Made by a program: the position numbers and the translations under genes. Shown here piece after piece: positions 12,547-26,619 of a DNA stretch of 64,000 nucleotides. This stretch comes from Azolla caroliniana (lineage: Eukaryota > Plantae > Polypodiophyta). How positions within the stretch are numbered: the stretch's first letter is position 1; every line of letters starts with the position of its first letter. Location of the stretch: contig JBHGNT010000001.1 in the NCBI GenBank assembly GCA_043228905.1, positions 124,001 to 188,000 on the forward strand, given 5' to 3'. The notes under the pieces are model-generated. The model was not told the DNA's origin. It was given only the letters and a program-made list of their open reading frames with translations, and made no database searches.

Positions 12547-14400
12547 TCATGTTTGAATCTCTTTGGGTATCCATACTCGCCACAAGTTTCGTGCATCTTC
12601 CCTGCTCTTCAGACTCATTACATCTTTAAATATAAGGCGCCGCCTTTTCGAATCTTTCAAGTTTGCTAGATTACTTATGTCTCTTTCTTTCCCTTCTCGT
12701 TTTTCATTCTCATTCAATACTACATCCCTTCGGAGGTTTCCATTATCCATATGTTGCTCAAGTATCTCCTTAAGACACTCCACAACTTTACTCATTAACG
12801 GGCGTGCTCGTGCATGTTTTGCTAGGCATCCATAAGCTAAAGAAGCTATCTTTTGAGCTTGTATCAGAGAATATTGACCTTCAAGTCTTGGGTCCATTAT
12901 AACCTCAACCTTGGGGTTTCCCTGAATATATGGTTTTGCCCAATCTACAAGTTTTAGCTCGCCTTTCGGACGGTTCCTATCCAAAGATCTCCTTCCAGAG
13001 AGAATCTCAAGCAACACAACCCCGAAGCTCCATACATCGCTTTTCGATGTGAGATGACCAGTGTTAATATACTCTGGAGCTGCATAACCTAGAGTACCAA
13101 CCACCTACAAACGTCATTAGTTATTGTTATGTCCTCATTGTTGTAGTGGTGAACTCTTGAATTGGTTATTCAAAGAAAATGACAGCTAGATTTGATTTTG
13201 TAGTTGTACAATATCCGACATACCATAGTTGAAACATGCGATTCACCCATTTCTGGACCCTGCCTAGCCATCCCAAAATCTGAGAGCTTTGGTGTAAAAT
13301 CTTTATCAAGCAACACATTCGAGGTTTTGAAGTCCCGGAAGATAACCTTGCAAGACCGAACAAAAGAAACCCAAGCCTTTTAGACTGTATATGGAAACAT
13401 TATCCCCATTTAACAAAGTTCAAAAAATATACATACATATCACACACACATACAAACATACACACGTATCTCAGAAATCAAACCTCCAATTTCTCACCTG
13501 GATGCCATTGATTCCTTCATGAAGGTAAGCTAGTCCTTGTGCAGCGCCTAACAGAATCAAGAGTCTCTTTTGCCACGAAAGCACTTCCTGGCTCCTTCCG
13601 AAGAGGTGATCCTCCAAACTCCCATTTGCCATATATTCATACACAAGAAGCCGTTGGATACCCCTGACATCATCTTCAGCACAATATCCAATCAATTTCA
13701 CCAAATTTGGATGCTCTACAAGACTCAGGAAACGAATTTCAGCCAGCCATTCCTTATGACCCTGAACAAGCCAGCCAAAATTACAGCTTTTTAGGGTGTG
13801 CGTGTGTGTATGAGCAGACAGACTACACAAGGCAAATCCTTTGCACATCCATCCATACGTACACATACACATACATATACATGCATGCATGCATGCATGC
13901 AGAGTGTAGAACACTAAAAGAGAGAGAGGGGGGGGTTAAGTGAGTACGCATCACCTGTTGCCCTTTTCTGTTGAGCTGCTTCACAGCAACTTCTATAGGT
14001 GATTCATTTGGATTAAGGCTCTTGAGAAGGCCCTTATACACACAACCAAATCCTCCTTCACCAATAAGATTGCCCCCCGAGAAATTCTTTGTGACAGCTC
14101 GTAATTCGGAGTAGGTGAATATCCTCTCCAAAGGCCTCGAAGCAGAGGAACTTGGACCATGCACTGGTAACGCCACCACAAATTTCGAATTTATCTCAAT
14201 TGGATTAGCGTCATGATCCGATGAGGTTCTTTGCTTGAATGATTCCAAAGTATCAGGTTGTTGTGATGAGGATGATGATAAGTGGTGTGATGACTTCTTC
14301 GCCTCAGATGAAGCAGACGAGGAACCTTGGCTGAAGAAACTCCATGAGAATCTGTGTTTGGAACCGGATCTTCTGTCAGGGTTAGAGAAATATAAACACT

Positions 14401-14404
<4 letters not shown>
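12547..14404 (-). CDS. Receptor-like cytoplasmic kinase, RLCK-VII (PCRK1/PBL19-like); exons 14404-13955, 13761-13498, 13346-13224, 13104-12547
   Basis: MKCLYF N-terminus, [52 protein letters not shown]-terminal WRVWIPK; all introns GT-AG and in phase. Confidence 0.93.

Positions 14405-14446
<42 letters not shown>
14405..14446. repeat. (CT/GA)n microsatellite abutting the kinase start codon
   Basis: About 21 CT units directly 5' of the ATG at 14404. Confidence 0.95.
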
Positions 14447-14449
<3 letters not shown>

Positions 14450-14788
14450 CACCCCCCTTTTCCTCTGTTTCTCTGTTGGGATGGAGAGAGAGAGAGAGAG
14501 AGGTGTGTGACAAAATCGATATACGTCGCAGAGATTATATTTTCACTGCATTTTACGCGCTTCCAGAGAGAGAGAGAGAAAGAGAGACTCAGTCAAGGAA
14601 TAAAGAGAGAGGAGAGTGGTGACAATACATATGTACAGTATGTACATACATATATACATACATAGTGATAGGAAATGTAATAGAGGAGAAGTTTACGTGA
14701 GCACTGCACCCTAATTCATTCCATACACCTATATGCATGGTCTCCCTCTTCTTGCCAAAGGTCCTTTTTTATATCCAATGAAACCAAG

Positions 14789-15223
14789 TAACAATCGGCA
14801 ACGTTTCGGTTTGAACCGAACCGAACCATTGAAACCGTTATGCCCCAGTTTCGGTTTAAGTTTTTAAAATCGGTTCAGTTCGGTTTTAACAGCTAGAAAC
14901 CGCGGTTTAAACAATTTAACGGTTTTATTTTTTATTTGTTTTTTTAAAAAACAAAATTTGTAAAGAATTTAAAAAATTGTTTTTAAACAATATTTTCATT
15001 TTTAGACCTTATTCTCACATTTTAGGAACATCTTTAAAATTTTAAATTTTAAATTTTAAACTATGTTGAAAACCGAAACTAAACCACGAAACCGCAATTT
15101 TTACGGTTTAATGGTTTGAAAATTGTTTAACGGTTTCGTGGTTCGGTTTGGTTTAGGTTTCAAACATTTTAAACGGTTCGGTTTGGACACTCTCAAAACG
15201 AATCGAACCGATGCCGATTGTTA
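14789..15223. mobile_element. Non-autonomous hAT-type element (MITE)
   Basis: 12-bp TIR TAACAATCGGCA/TGCCGATTGTTA; 8-bp TSD AAACCAAG/AAGCCAAG; many subterminal AACCG/CGGTT motifs. Confidence 0.88.
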
Positions 15224-15449
15224 AAGCCAAGTTGATAAACTCCAATAGAAATTACTTTGGTTTCCTCAAACAAGATAATGCTACTCAAACAAAAATTTCA
15301 AGGGGTTGGTTTGTCACAATCAACATGCATGATGCCATGATGCCATCTCCACTAACGTCTTCATAATGACTTGAGTAGATGCGTGAGATCGAATTATCTA
15401 CATCAAATAAGCAAGAACACCACTTATGTAAATGTACTTTGTTTCGAGT

Positions 15450-16039
15450 TGTTACTCCCTCCTGGAGAACACCTTCGGTTACCCCTCCTAAGTAATCGAG
15501 TCAAGGTATTGTGGTGCGAAGGAGAGTTGTGTCACAATGTCCTACCGATATCGTCAACAAAGTCGTTACGGTTATATGACTTCTTGGGGGTCGTGATCGT
15601 TATTTAGATTGTCCCACTTAGGGTGGGATTTACAACCGGAAAATACAAAGGATAGGTTGCGGAATCGGCAAAAACCGATTCTTGGATACGTGCTTTACAC
15701 ATACCAAACTTATAAATAAATATATATATATATATATCGGAATACGGACAAGACAGAACACCGAAGTTACCCACAAAACTTATATATTCGATTAAGGTGC
15801 AATATGCAAATATAAACACCAAGTACTCTCGGTTAACACTCATGTACTCTTAGTTTGTCTATTCCTATCCTTAGCCCTCTAGGTCCCCCTTTCCTTTTCT
15901 CTAGAACTCAATATACATAGTCTCTTTTGCTTGGCGCTTTCCACCCATGCCTTCCTTGATGTTCGGCTTCCCTTGCTTTGTCTTAGTTTTGTTGCTCGGC
16001 TCCCTTTGGTTCATTTCACACTTGTCCCACCAGGTAACA
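15450..16039. mobile_element. Solo LTR (590 bp)
   Basis: TGTTAC...GTAACA termini; 5-bp TSD CGAGT/CAAGT (1 mismatch). Confidence 0.7.
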
Positions 16040-16875
16040 CAAGTTAGTGATGCAAATGTGAATTCAAGAATTGGCAAAGATGGAAAGGTGTAATCCCACT
16101 AGCAAGAGTGCTTTGATAGAGCTAGCAAGTATTTTTTCACCTCTTTGTGTTGATATGTGGCCATGTATACACTTTAAGAACACCTAAACTTGTTTAGAAC
16201 TCCAAAACGTAGAGAAAACAAAGACAAAATAGACCAAAATATTATGTTATGTTAAACTCAGTTTAGATCATCCAATCAATCTGTGTACCTCAATCAAAGA
16301 ATCACATCCAAATATAATCTTGTGTAAATTCCTTGTGTACATTAGTGCTTGTCCCTATGAAACAAAACTTCATTCCTTGGAGGAATATTGTATATACTGC
16401 AATTTCCTTAGAATATAATCATAAGAATACAAATGTGAATGTAATGTTGATAAATAATCAGCCCATTCAACATTAATTCGAACATTAGGTTGCAATTACA
16501 GCTTGCAATTAGAAAATAACCACAGCCGTGTGACCACAAAGAACTGCGCAATACTGCTACATATGTATTTTTAATGCTTTAACGTGTAGGATACTTCTGT
16601 GTTCTAAGTTAATTGTTGGTTTGCCTCATATATGGTTTCGGTGGTAAAGCTTCAATGATCAAGAATAATATTCCAGTTCACAAAAAAATATATGGTTTTG
16701 ACTTGGCTTTATTACAGTTTATGTTTCTTCCTTCCAATGGAGAAACAAAAAAATTAAGGGTATTTCCACAGATGTACAAAAAAGAATACGAATGTTTTGT
16801 TTGTTAATATATGAATGTTTCTCTAAAGGATTGTTTTGCCTAGGCACTATTTTGTAGTTGATTCAATTAAACGTG

Positions 16876-19800
16876 TCACAAATCTTTGTAAGCCGTTGCC
16901 GATTCGGGGTTAATTCTGTGTATTCTGCTCACACCTAATAAATACTCTGGCAGTTCAGCTTCATCCTGTGCCTGTGATCATCATATCATCACCCACTTAC
17001 AGTTTGCATTTTTGCTTGAAGAAGTCTAGCAAACATTTAGTATTTTGCTAGAAACAGAACGCTACTGAGCATACCTCAATCAGCATTGCAAAGTCAATCA
17101 CCACGGTGGTGGCATAACCCAGCACGAGACCACAAACACTACGAGCTACTGAGGAAGATCCTACATCTACATCTATCTGCAATCCCCAGAGAGATAGGTA
17201 TTTCTGTTTTAAGGCAAACCCAGAATGCATACGAAAGTTAATCAACTCAATGACAGACCTCTAGAAAATTGTTTCCTCGCAAGTATTTGCAAGTTAAAGC
17301 CCTGCCAAGCAAACAAGCTTTGGTCCCAACTGCACGTTTTACAACCCAATATCCCTGCAATAAAATAAAGGTTCATATACATTCATCATCTTCTTATCCC
17401 TGCCATCAAAATATCGTTGTGTTTGTTTATTATTGCATACCTCTACTATCCTTGGGATGAGTTTCAGCCTCGTGTTGCGGAACGTGTCATCCCCATTTAC
17501 AAATTTATGTAGCAAGGAGCCTACTCTCAAGGGTCTGTCAGCTCCAAAGTAAAATACTAGGCTATAGTTGGGTTTAGAAGGGATCTGTCAAATGCCATAA
17601 TGTCAATGTTGTTAAAAATCAATCCGAATGAGGATGTATTTATATAATTTTTTATACTTTGATAAACCACCATTCAGTTACCTGGAGATTGATCACTAGA
17701 ACAAATGGTAACTTTTGGATTTCATCCCTCTACAAAGCAGCATTAGCATCAGCACTATAAAGCTACTGGAACAAAACATATGGCACTGAAAGAAAATAAC
17801 CTTAACAAAGCTGCGAGGATGTTGAGCAACAGAATCGATTCTGCTTTCATCTTTAAGCCAATCCACTCCCAGAAGTTTTAATAGGGGATCTCCACCAGGA
17901 ACCTATAAAATGTAAGGAAGGAAACATTTTAGTAATTGGAGAAGATTAAGCTATACAGATAATTGACTTCTCTGGTGCACATCTCACCTTTATATTATCT
18001 TGAATGTATGTCCGTCCACGAACCATAAACCCTTGCCCTCCAGGATCACTCCAGCAATCACAACCAGCCTCGTCATTTCCTTGGCTTAAAGACGATTTAC
18101 AAAAGCTGACATCAATGACAACAGGTTCAGCAGTTCTAATTAACTCATTGTTCTCTTGACGGCCTGAAAAAGTCAACCAAGGGTGAGTATATACACAATG
18201 AACTACACAATGAACAACCAAAATACATATAACTTACTTGGTGGTCTCTTGCTTGGCAAACCCAATCTAGAAGTCCAAGATGAACTTCTCTCCGGAAGTT
18301 TAGACTGCTTGCATTTACCACCAAAAAACATGATGCAAAGCAAAATTCATGAGCGACTCCTTTCAGCACTATATACAATTTAAAATCACTGGTTACCTTA
18401 GACTTCTTCAGCAATGACTGTTCTTCCTCATTTTCACTATCCTCATCTTCACCAGATAGATCATCCAAGGCAATAGCATCATAGAACTGTTCACTGACTT
18501 CTTGGATCTGAGTGTCATGCATAGGTTGAGAAGGTAAGTCTTTCTCATTCTGAAGTACAACTGAATTCCCATCCTCTTCTACATTCTCCTCGGAAACTCC
18601 AGATTCGTTATTTGCTGCAAAAAACTCCCTTAAACCTGCCAGAGAAGCAAATCAGTTTTTAAATGTGGACAAAAATATTAGCACTGGAAAATCACACTGT
18701 ATGTACTACATGCAAACCTGCTGTTCTGCAGAGCAAGAAGTATGGCATTGTCACCTGGAAATTTGGGGGGAACATTTTCTGTGCTAAACTACATCCTGAA
18801 CTCCTAATCTCCACTATTTGGGTGACTAGAGACCTTGGTGTGCCACCCCTTGAGGGAAGAGGACTGATTTCCCAAACTGTTGCTATTTTCAATATTGTTA
18901 AAAAGTTTAGAACTAGTTTTGAATGGATATGAAGGCTACTAAAACTTTAGTAACACAACAAACCATTGAGATCCACGCGCCTGTAACCGAATCGGGGAGG
19001 ACACTTCTTATGTACTGCTGAATCTTCAGTAATGGCTGTCAAAATGGCATAACATAGACAAGGCCTCCACATAAGAATCTACTCTATCAGATATTTATAT
19101 AGGAAGTTCTAATCAGGAAACTGCTTACAGAAAGAACCGTCTTGATCATGTCTCCATCGGCGCAAAAAAACAAAATCCCTTTTAAGGCACCACCTGGTAG
19201 ACATGGAGATTTTATCATAGTCTGCATGATAGATATGCATATGTATATGTATCTATATGTATGTATATGTATCTATATGTATGTATATGTATCTATATGT
19301 ACCTATATGTATGTATATGTATGTGTATGTATGTGTATGTATATGTATCTATATGTATGTATATGGAACACCTAAAAAATTGATAGGAATGAAATGGAAC
19401 CTCCTATAAAATTTGGGATCATAAATGCCATGCGTGATATCAGAATGGCCATCAATGTCTTCTACAAGCACCAAGTCACCTGTCACAATGTCCCACCTGT
19501 TATAACAGAACCAAGTATTGAGCATCAGGACGGCATTACTAATGACACATTGCTAATGAAAATACTTACTGGTGACGTTGAGTCTTGTCTAGAGTCATTA
19601 TCATGTCAAACACTTGATCTGGTGTCGCATCTACAACACCGACAGACTTCATACATTTCGGACCTTTTCTTCCCTACAAAAAAAACATTTGAGTCAAGAA
19701 TGAGAACAAACCTTTCCTCCTCCCTCTACCATTGACCTTCAGGAAATACAATTACCATAAACCTGGTACAGAACATGAATAAAGTTAAGTATATTAAGTG

Positions 19801-22672
19801 CATTTGGTTTCTCACCTTTCCAGAAGAAACGTCTTCAAAGATCCTCAGACCTGCGTGAAATTGGCTAAAGAAGGTCAGGATAAAACGTCGAAGGACATCT
19901 TCGACTAGATGTCGACAACCGAAACCCTAAACGCTTTTTACCATTGACTGTCATAATGCACTTCCAATCTTCCTGTTCAACGGCATCATCTTTCTGATGT
20001 TTGTAGTAGTTATCCATGTCATCTGGATCTTGTGCAACCATGGATGGACGCCATAACAATGACTCTGGACCTGTAGCAATCAAACTTAAATCGGCAAATT
20101 TTGAATACTGTGCTCTATTATGGTTTTCTAAGTGTGATCTGAGACTATTATAAGGACCTTTTGAAGACAAAACAGGAACAACCATTGTGAACGCGTGTGT
20201 GCGCGTTGTGACTGCACAGGCGCACTTGACTATGTGTCGACAGTTTTATTTTTGGGAACCAGGACACATGTGCTCAGGTTGAATGCATACATTGGTTAAT
20301 AAAGCCCAGTCCTAACCAAAATTTCTGGGGAAATACCATAATCCTGGCATTGTAAATTTTGTATCCTGGGTTTGCATCTGGAAGGGTTTTACAAAATAGA
20401 TGTTTATATTGAATCTAATGTAACAGCCATAGGTTAAACAGATTTGAATTTTTACATGCCACTGGCTTTTAAAACCCTGCATCGATGAGTAAAATCAGCT
20501 TCAAGAACAGTTTTTCTGAGATTACCTAATCACTTGCTTCTTCAAATATGAAATAGATCTGCCCATACAAAGACAACATTCTTGCATGCATTCTTTTACT
20601 AGTGCTCCCAAAATATTTTACTTTAGTTCCATCATGTGCATGGGTATATTAAAATCAACGTCAAAATGAGAACCGTTTTCCTGAGATTTCCTAATCACTT
20701 GCTTCTTCAAATATGAATTAGATCTGCCCATACAAAGACAACATTCTTGCATGCATTGTTTTACTAGTGTTCCCAATATATTTTATTTTAGTTCCATCAT
20801 ATGCATGGGGATATTAAAATCAACGTCAGTGGAAACAATTTATAATTTCTCAATAACTGATCAACGGGAAACATTGCACACCTCTTCCTATTTTGATAGA
20901 ATTGCGCGGTAATTTCATGCAAGAACGTGCCTGAGAGCGGATTGAACCAGTGAGTTTAAATCTGCACACCAATACAAACAAATTCAAGCAATGAAAAAAA
21001 GAGTGAAGATTGAAATGGATAAGGCAATCTATCTTACTCTCCTTCTCCTGCAAGCATTCTTCGTGTGCCTCCTTTCTCGCTCTCAGACATATGCTGTAAA
21101 TGGTAATTCCGAGGATAAGAAAGAGAATATGCAATGACAAACTCTCAAGAAGTTTCCATTATCACTTTATAATTACCACTTCTTTTGCATGTTGGAATGC
21201 AGAAAGCCACTTCTCTGCCTCACAAGCGCTACCACAGGCAAGCTGTTCCCATAAACAGGTCAGCATCCATCACAAAGCAAAGCACATGGAGAAAAGCATA
21301 GAGAGTGATGACAGTACCTTTCCTTGCTTGTGGCAGTCTACCAAGCTATAGATTTTGAGAACATATAGGGCCTGAAGACAGAAAATTTTGTATATATCAA
21401 TATATCAAACCTATATGAATCACAATTCTTTAGGTGAAAGCAATGTTTACCCTGCCATGGTATATTTGCCGACCTAATTCCTCCACCATTAAGCTGCTCC
21501 CAACGACACCACAACGTACGGGCTGACAAACATAGCACAGTTCAGATTTTCTACAAAGGATAAAAAGTTGGTTTGACATTGAGCAAAAGAACTCAAATTC
21601 ACCATGCTTCAGAGCAATCCCAAGCAAATTACCACTAATGTTGAACACTAAAGGCCATCATCTCTTGTAAACATTGAGCTTTGGAGTAAGACAAGCAGAA
21701 GTGCCGTTAGGTATCTCACTGATAATATTTCAAATTGTATATAATGAGCATCTTGGGTCTAGGAGTGGGAGTAAAATAACATAAAGTGTAATAAAAATCG
21801 GACCAACACCATAACCAATTACATTAGACATAAATTACTGATCCTTTCCCCTTCTTTCTGTTGGTCTTACCATCCTCTCCCACGAGGACCCCATGTTCCT
21901 CTTGCTCACACATGAAGCTTGATGACAAGAAGGAAACACCTCAAAAAATAGGTTTTGAATACACATGATGTTTCAGTATGTCCACTATAAACTTAAAATT
22001 TATCTTCTGAATACAAAATTCAAAGCGGAGCCAGCTTTTGTACTACCACAAATAGGAATCCGTATGTCTGCTTAAAACAAACGCAGTTTCTTCATCTGAT
22101 TTGTGGAATTTAACTGAGATGAGAATGATTACTCATGCATATCATTCTGATCCAAGCATCCTTCATTATCTCCATTGGTCGATGTACTTATAAAGAATGG
22201 CTTAAAATGAAAGTTTGTTAATTTATCCAGAAATGCAGATGTTTCTTCTTCAAGAACCTCAACTCTAGTATTAAAGAAGTTCAACATAAGTCGGTTTCCG
22301 TTATCAAGCCATCCTGCAAGGTGTCCATTGCTCAATGTATACAAAAACGAATGCAGGGAATGAATGCATGCTTATAGAGCTATCCAGAAACACAAATCCA
22401 TATTCGTCGATGACTTATGGCCATGTATAGAAGAATTAAAGCGTACATTTTCATCCTAAAGACGAACGGAAGCAAATGTTCGGTGGGAGACCAAAACACA
22501 CCTTTCTTGGCCTTTCTTGTGGATTTGTAGTATACATTTCTACACGATTTCCTTTGATGACGAGATAGCGAGAACGGCAGAACTGATAGCCGAGAGAATT
22601 CACACCAACGTGGTAAAGCCATCCTTCGTAGGATACTCCACTGTTAGGCCTCTCCGCAGAAGCAAAAGCCAT
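16876..22672 (-). CDS. EDR2L: EDR2-like protein (PH + START + DUF1336), ~20 exons; first coding exon 22672-22502, last 16971-16876
   Basis: PH: YEGWLYHVGVNSLGYQFCRSRYL, PVRCGVVGSSLMVEELGR; START: MKSVGVVDATPDQVF, RDFVFLRRW; DUF1336: GFMVRGRTY, FRNTRLKLIPRIVE, GYWVVKRAVGTKACLLG, IDVDVGSSSVA, AQDEAELPEYLLG; GT-AG introns where checked. Confidence 0.9.
19235..19365. repeat. Compound TATG/TA microsatellite in EDR2L intron
   Basis: Directly visible. Confidence 0.9.
20512..20828. repeat. 165-bp tandem duplication in EDR2L intron
   Basis: CTGAGATT..CTAATCACTTGCTTCTTC..AAAATCAACGTCA starts at 20516 and 20681. Confidence 0.95.
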
Positions 22673-23117
22673 AGCTTTCCCTTGGCAAGGATACAGACCG
22701 TCTGCCGAAGTAGACAAATATGATTCAGGAAACGATGTGAATAGAGATACTATAGGAACGGATGACGAAGTCCTAACGAATGTATAACATTATCCGTTAT
22801 GTAGATAAATATGGTGCAGAAAACGTTGTAACAGAATGAAAACGTTGCACTGTCGGACGAGGAAGGAGGAGAAACAACGGAAAGAGATAAGAAGAACAGA
22901 CCAAATTCGAGATTATTGGGGCCTAGAAAACAATAATACGGAGAGTCAGTGAGGGAGAGAGAGAGAGAGGAACAGAATACAAGCCCGACAATCACAGGCT
23001 ATGGATGGAGGCTCTCAAAGATAGAAGGAGATGGAATAGAAGAAGAAGAAGAAAAACTGAGGGGTAGACCTCCAGAGATGAGCGGAGAGGCTAAGGGCGG
23101 CTACTATGGCTATCTCT

Positions 23118-23250
23118 GTATGTATGTATGTATGTATGTATGTATGGCAGGAGAAGAAGGAAGAGGCGAGAGCTGTGCTGCGCTGTGTATGTATGTATTA
23201 TCGTATCATAATGACGCACGACATGGCGGCCCAACGTTAGAGATGTTTGA

Positions 23251-23293
<43 letters not shown>

Positions 23294-23540
23294 AAGGGAA
23301 GCAACAGAAATGTTTTTGGTTTGTAATTTGCTGTTTTGTGTAATTTTGGGGGGGGGGGGGGGGGACAGACATGATGATGATGATGATGATGAGAGGCAAG
23401 CAGAGAAGAAAGAGCTGACAGGAATCTTCGGAAAGGCACCGGCTATTGCCGGTTATAGAAGCGTTTCAGACGGGAGAGCACCGGGTTCTTGGTTCTTGTA
23501 CCGTTGAAATTTCAGATGTGACATGTAAGTGACCGTTCGC

Positions 23541-23573
<33 letters not shown>

Positions 23574-23712
23574 CAAAGAAAGGATTTGTTGTCATGGTGT
23601 GTGTGTGTGTGCGTCTAAGGCAAAAGGGAAGGGAAGGGAAGAGGCCTCGTTTTTATGTGGGTAGTTGGTTTGGGTTTTTTTTTTTTTTTTTTTTTTTGGG
23701 GGGGGGGGGGGG
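23118..23712. repeat. Microsatellite cluster 5' of EDR2L: (TATG)n, (GA)n, poly-G, (GAT)n, poly-T
   Basis: Directly visible. Confidence 0.9.
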
Positions 23713-25619
23713 TGATGGGATAGATATGTAGATGGACGGTGTGGGTTTCCAAGTTTGATAGACCAAACCCTCAATTAAGCATCCTTTTTACACAGTACGT
23801 TATGGATAGCTTAAGGATTTCAAAGTCTCGTTGAAACCTTCCTTACTTGAAATTAAATCTATTTGTGTGTCTGTGTGGTTGAACTTGTATGTGTGTGATG
23901 ACAAGCTCCCTAGCGCCTCTAACCAATTGTGATTCTTCCCTTCGTTCTGAAATGTCCCACTTAGCCATTGCAATTTGTGTTTATGGACAAGAGGCTTACT
24001 TATCATTCATTCTCTTCATCGCATGGAAGTCACCCTACCCTCTCTCGTCTTTGAGTCGTTCACTCATCGGATGCATCTATCACATAAGCCATATTTTAAT
24101 TATTTTTGTGATCATAACTCGATATATGCATCATTTTTCTTCATCAAATGAATGATTAGTTATTAGCCATTTAGATTTGTGCCTTCACTTTCGAGAAATG
24201 TGAACTTAGAATTATGTGTTCTCTATCGAGTGGTTTGTCGTTCAGGAATGGTCTCGATTCATTGGCTTTGTAGCTCTTTTGAGCATGCCTCTATGGGAAA
24301 GCAAATTAGTAATAATATGCGTATATGCACCTTAAAACCTGAAGTGCATATGTGTACATTTGTTGGTTGTGAGGAAATTGCAATTGCTTGGAGAGGAACC
24401 ACGTAGCTTCCTACAACAAGTTTCATTGCAAAGAAGAGTGCCTTGGGCAAAGTTTTACGTGGGCTATACCTCTCCCACAAAGGGTGTTAATCGAATCCCA
24501 ATTGTTTAGATTCCAAAACACAGTGTTGAGGTAGGTATTCCAATTAATAATAGATGCATAATCAACTATAGACCACCTTGTTGCCTCGATGTGGGTTAGT
24601 CATAATAATGCCATGTCACATATTAAGGAAAGGAGAATACACCTAGACCGACAGCTACACATCCTACTTTACTAATGTGAGATTAACTAAGAATTCACAT
24701 CCTCGATTTCAAATGTGAAGGGAATGGATGAGACCATTGGTCAAGATCAACTGGATGACATTATTATTGCATCACCAGAAGAACTTGTTAGTCATCCTTA
24801 AATCCATATACAAGTGATTCCTATGCAAACCCAATAACACCAACATCAACCCATCTTAGTTTTATTTGATATATATTTGTATTTATGCAACAAAGACAAG
24901 TTAGATTGTGCAAGTGTTTGCGTGCGTACATGAGAAAGAGAGAGGAGAGGAGAGGAAGAGACGAACAATACACGAGCCCGGCATAGACAATTTATTAACA
25001 AACTAGAAGATGATTCGTAAAGTTCCCTCTCAAAAACTAATACCCTTAGAACCCACCTAATAGTGCATGCTTTGTTCCTCGGGTCAGCGCAACAACATTG
25101 GCAAGCAAACAAAAGCTCTCTCTTGTCCCCATGTGCCAACCCACACTAACCAACATCCCACGTCAAGAGGCGGACCAACTCACACCGTTCCACATCCAAC
25201 CCTTACATATGCATCATATTCTCACATGCACATATTTTAGCATGTGCACAAATTTATACAATGGAGACAACCTTTTTTATACACATTTTGTACACGCATA
25301 CACATGTTGTATACATACGGGCATACTAGTATGCTTGTACATTTTAAATTATACCTACACATTAAACGAAACATTCACGCACACGACAAATAAATATTGA
25401 ATCCTATTCATGTATGCCCTCTTTCGCATATATTATGGAGGTTTTTGGTTTCATGTATATAATCTCAAAGAGTCTCCTTTGCTCCTTGCCATTAACTTTA
25501 ATCAAGCAAAGGATTAAACCGTAAACCATTAATAATCAATCAATTTTTGCAAGTCTATTCAATGCTCAATGAGCTAAACTTGGGCCACATTCTAATATCA
25601 AGCATTAAAATCATAATAT

Positions 25620-25900
25620 CAACCCTAAACCATTAATAATCAACATCAAGCTAATTAAATTCAATATCAACACACTCCAACCGTAAACCATTTACATTCT
25701 AAGATCACATATCAATAAACATGTTCTAAACAAATTTTGAGAGATAAACCGATTCACTATACTAACCAAACCCTAAACAATTTCTACAATCACACTATCA
25801 TGCTAAACCCTAAACCTAAACCCTAAACCCTAATATCAAGCCATAATATCACATTAAAATCATAATATCAACCAAAACCTTCTCCCAAACCCTAATCCCT
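25620..25900 (+). repeat. Scattered plant telomere-like AAACCCT motifs
   Basis: AAACCCTAAACCTAAACCCTAAACCCTAA near 25805-25833 plus dispersed copies. Confidence 0.7.
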
Positions 25901-26118
25901 CGACATGAAAAAGCCAACCACATAAAAAAAAACAGAAAATGTAGAGACAAACACATACCTGGGAAATAGTAGGGCACCGATTGCAGAAGTGATTGTTGGG
26001 AATGTTGATTCCAAGTCGCCTGAAGAAAAATCATTTCTCGGCAAAAAAACCTGTCAATCTCGTTTGAAAAATTGAGAGATAATGACAGGTTTTAGGGTTT
26101 TATAGTCATCGATTCAAA

Positions 26119-26263
26119 GGTTGGGCGACCACATACATTACAAAGGTTGGGCAACCACAATAGGTAGGTTGGGCAACTAGAATATGTAGGTTGGGTGACC
26201 ACAATAGGTAGTTGGGCAACCTCTGATAGGGTTGGGCGACCAAGGACTCAGAGTTGGGCGACC
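26119..26263. repeat. Seven spaced GTTGGGCRAC-like motifs (probable DNA-TE subterminal repeats)
   Basis: Motif recurs every ~19-26 bp. Confidence 0.75.
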
Positions 26264-26619
26264 TCTCACAACATTTTTTGGTTGTGCGTTTTATTATTAT
26301 CCAAATCAGGTGGTGCAAATTGCATGCGCCATGCTTCGAGCAACCTGCACCATCCAAGGCCGTGATTCCCTCCCTAGTCCTATTAATGATTTGTGTCATA
26401 ATAGACACGTCGGTATAAACTGGATTAATTTTTTTTCAAAGATTTTCCTCATTAGTATTAAGAAAAAACATGTGAATGCTACAACTTAAGCTTGTGTGCC
26501 TAAACGCTTACAATTTTCATGTACAATGATATACGATAATCCAAAGACCAAAGCTAGAACTTTGTAAAAGGTATTGAAATTTATTGTTGCACTCTGCCAT
26601 GCTTCACTGATATTCAAGA

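Noticed and set aside
14405-14452. N-terminal (RE)n extension of the kinase in the ORF track
   Set aside because: Starts at GTG within a GA microsatellite; the family-typical start MKCLYF is at 14404
26119-26263. CRISPR-like spaced repeats
   Set aside because: Repeats are ~11 bp and spacers 8-15 bp and partly repeated; eukaryotic context with no cas genes
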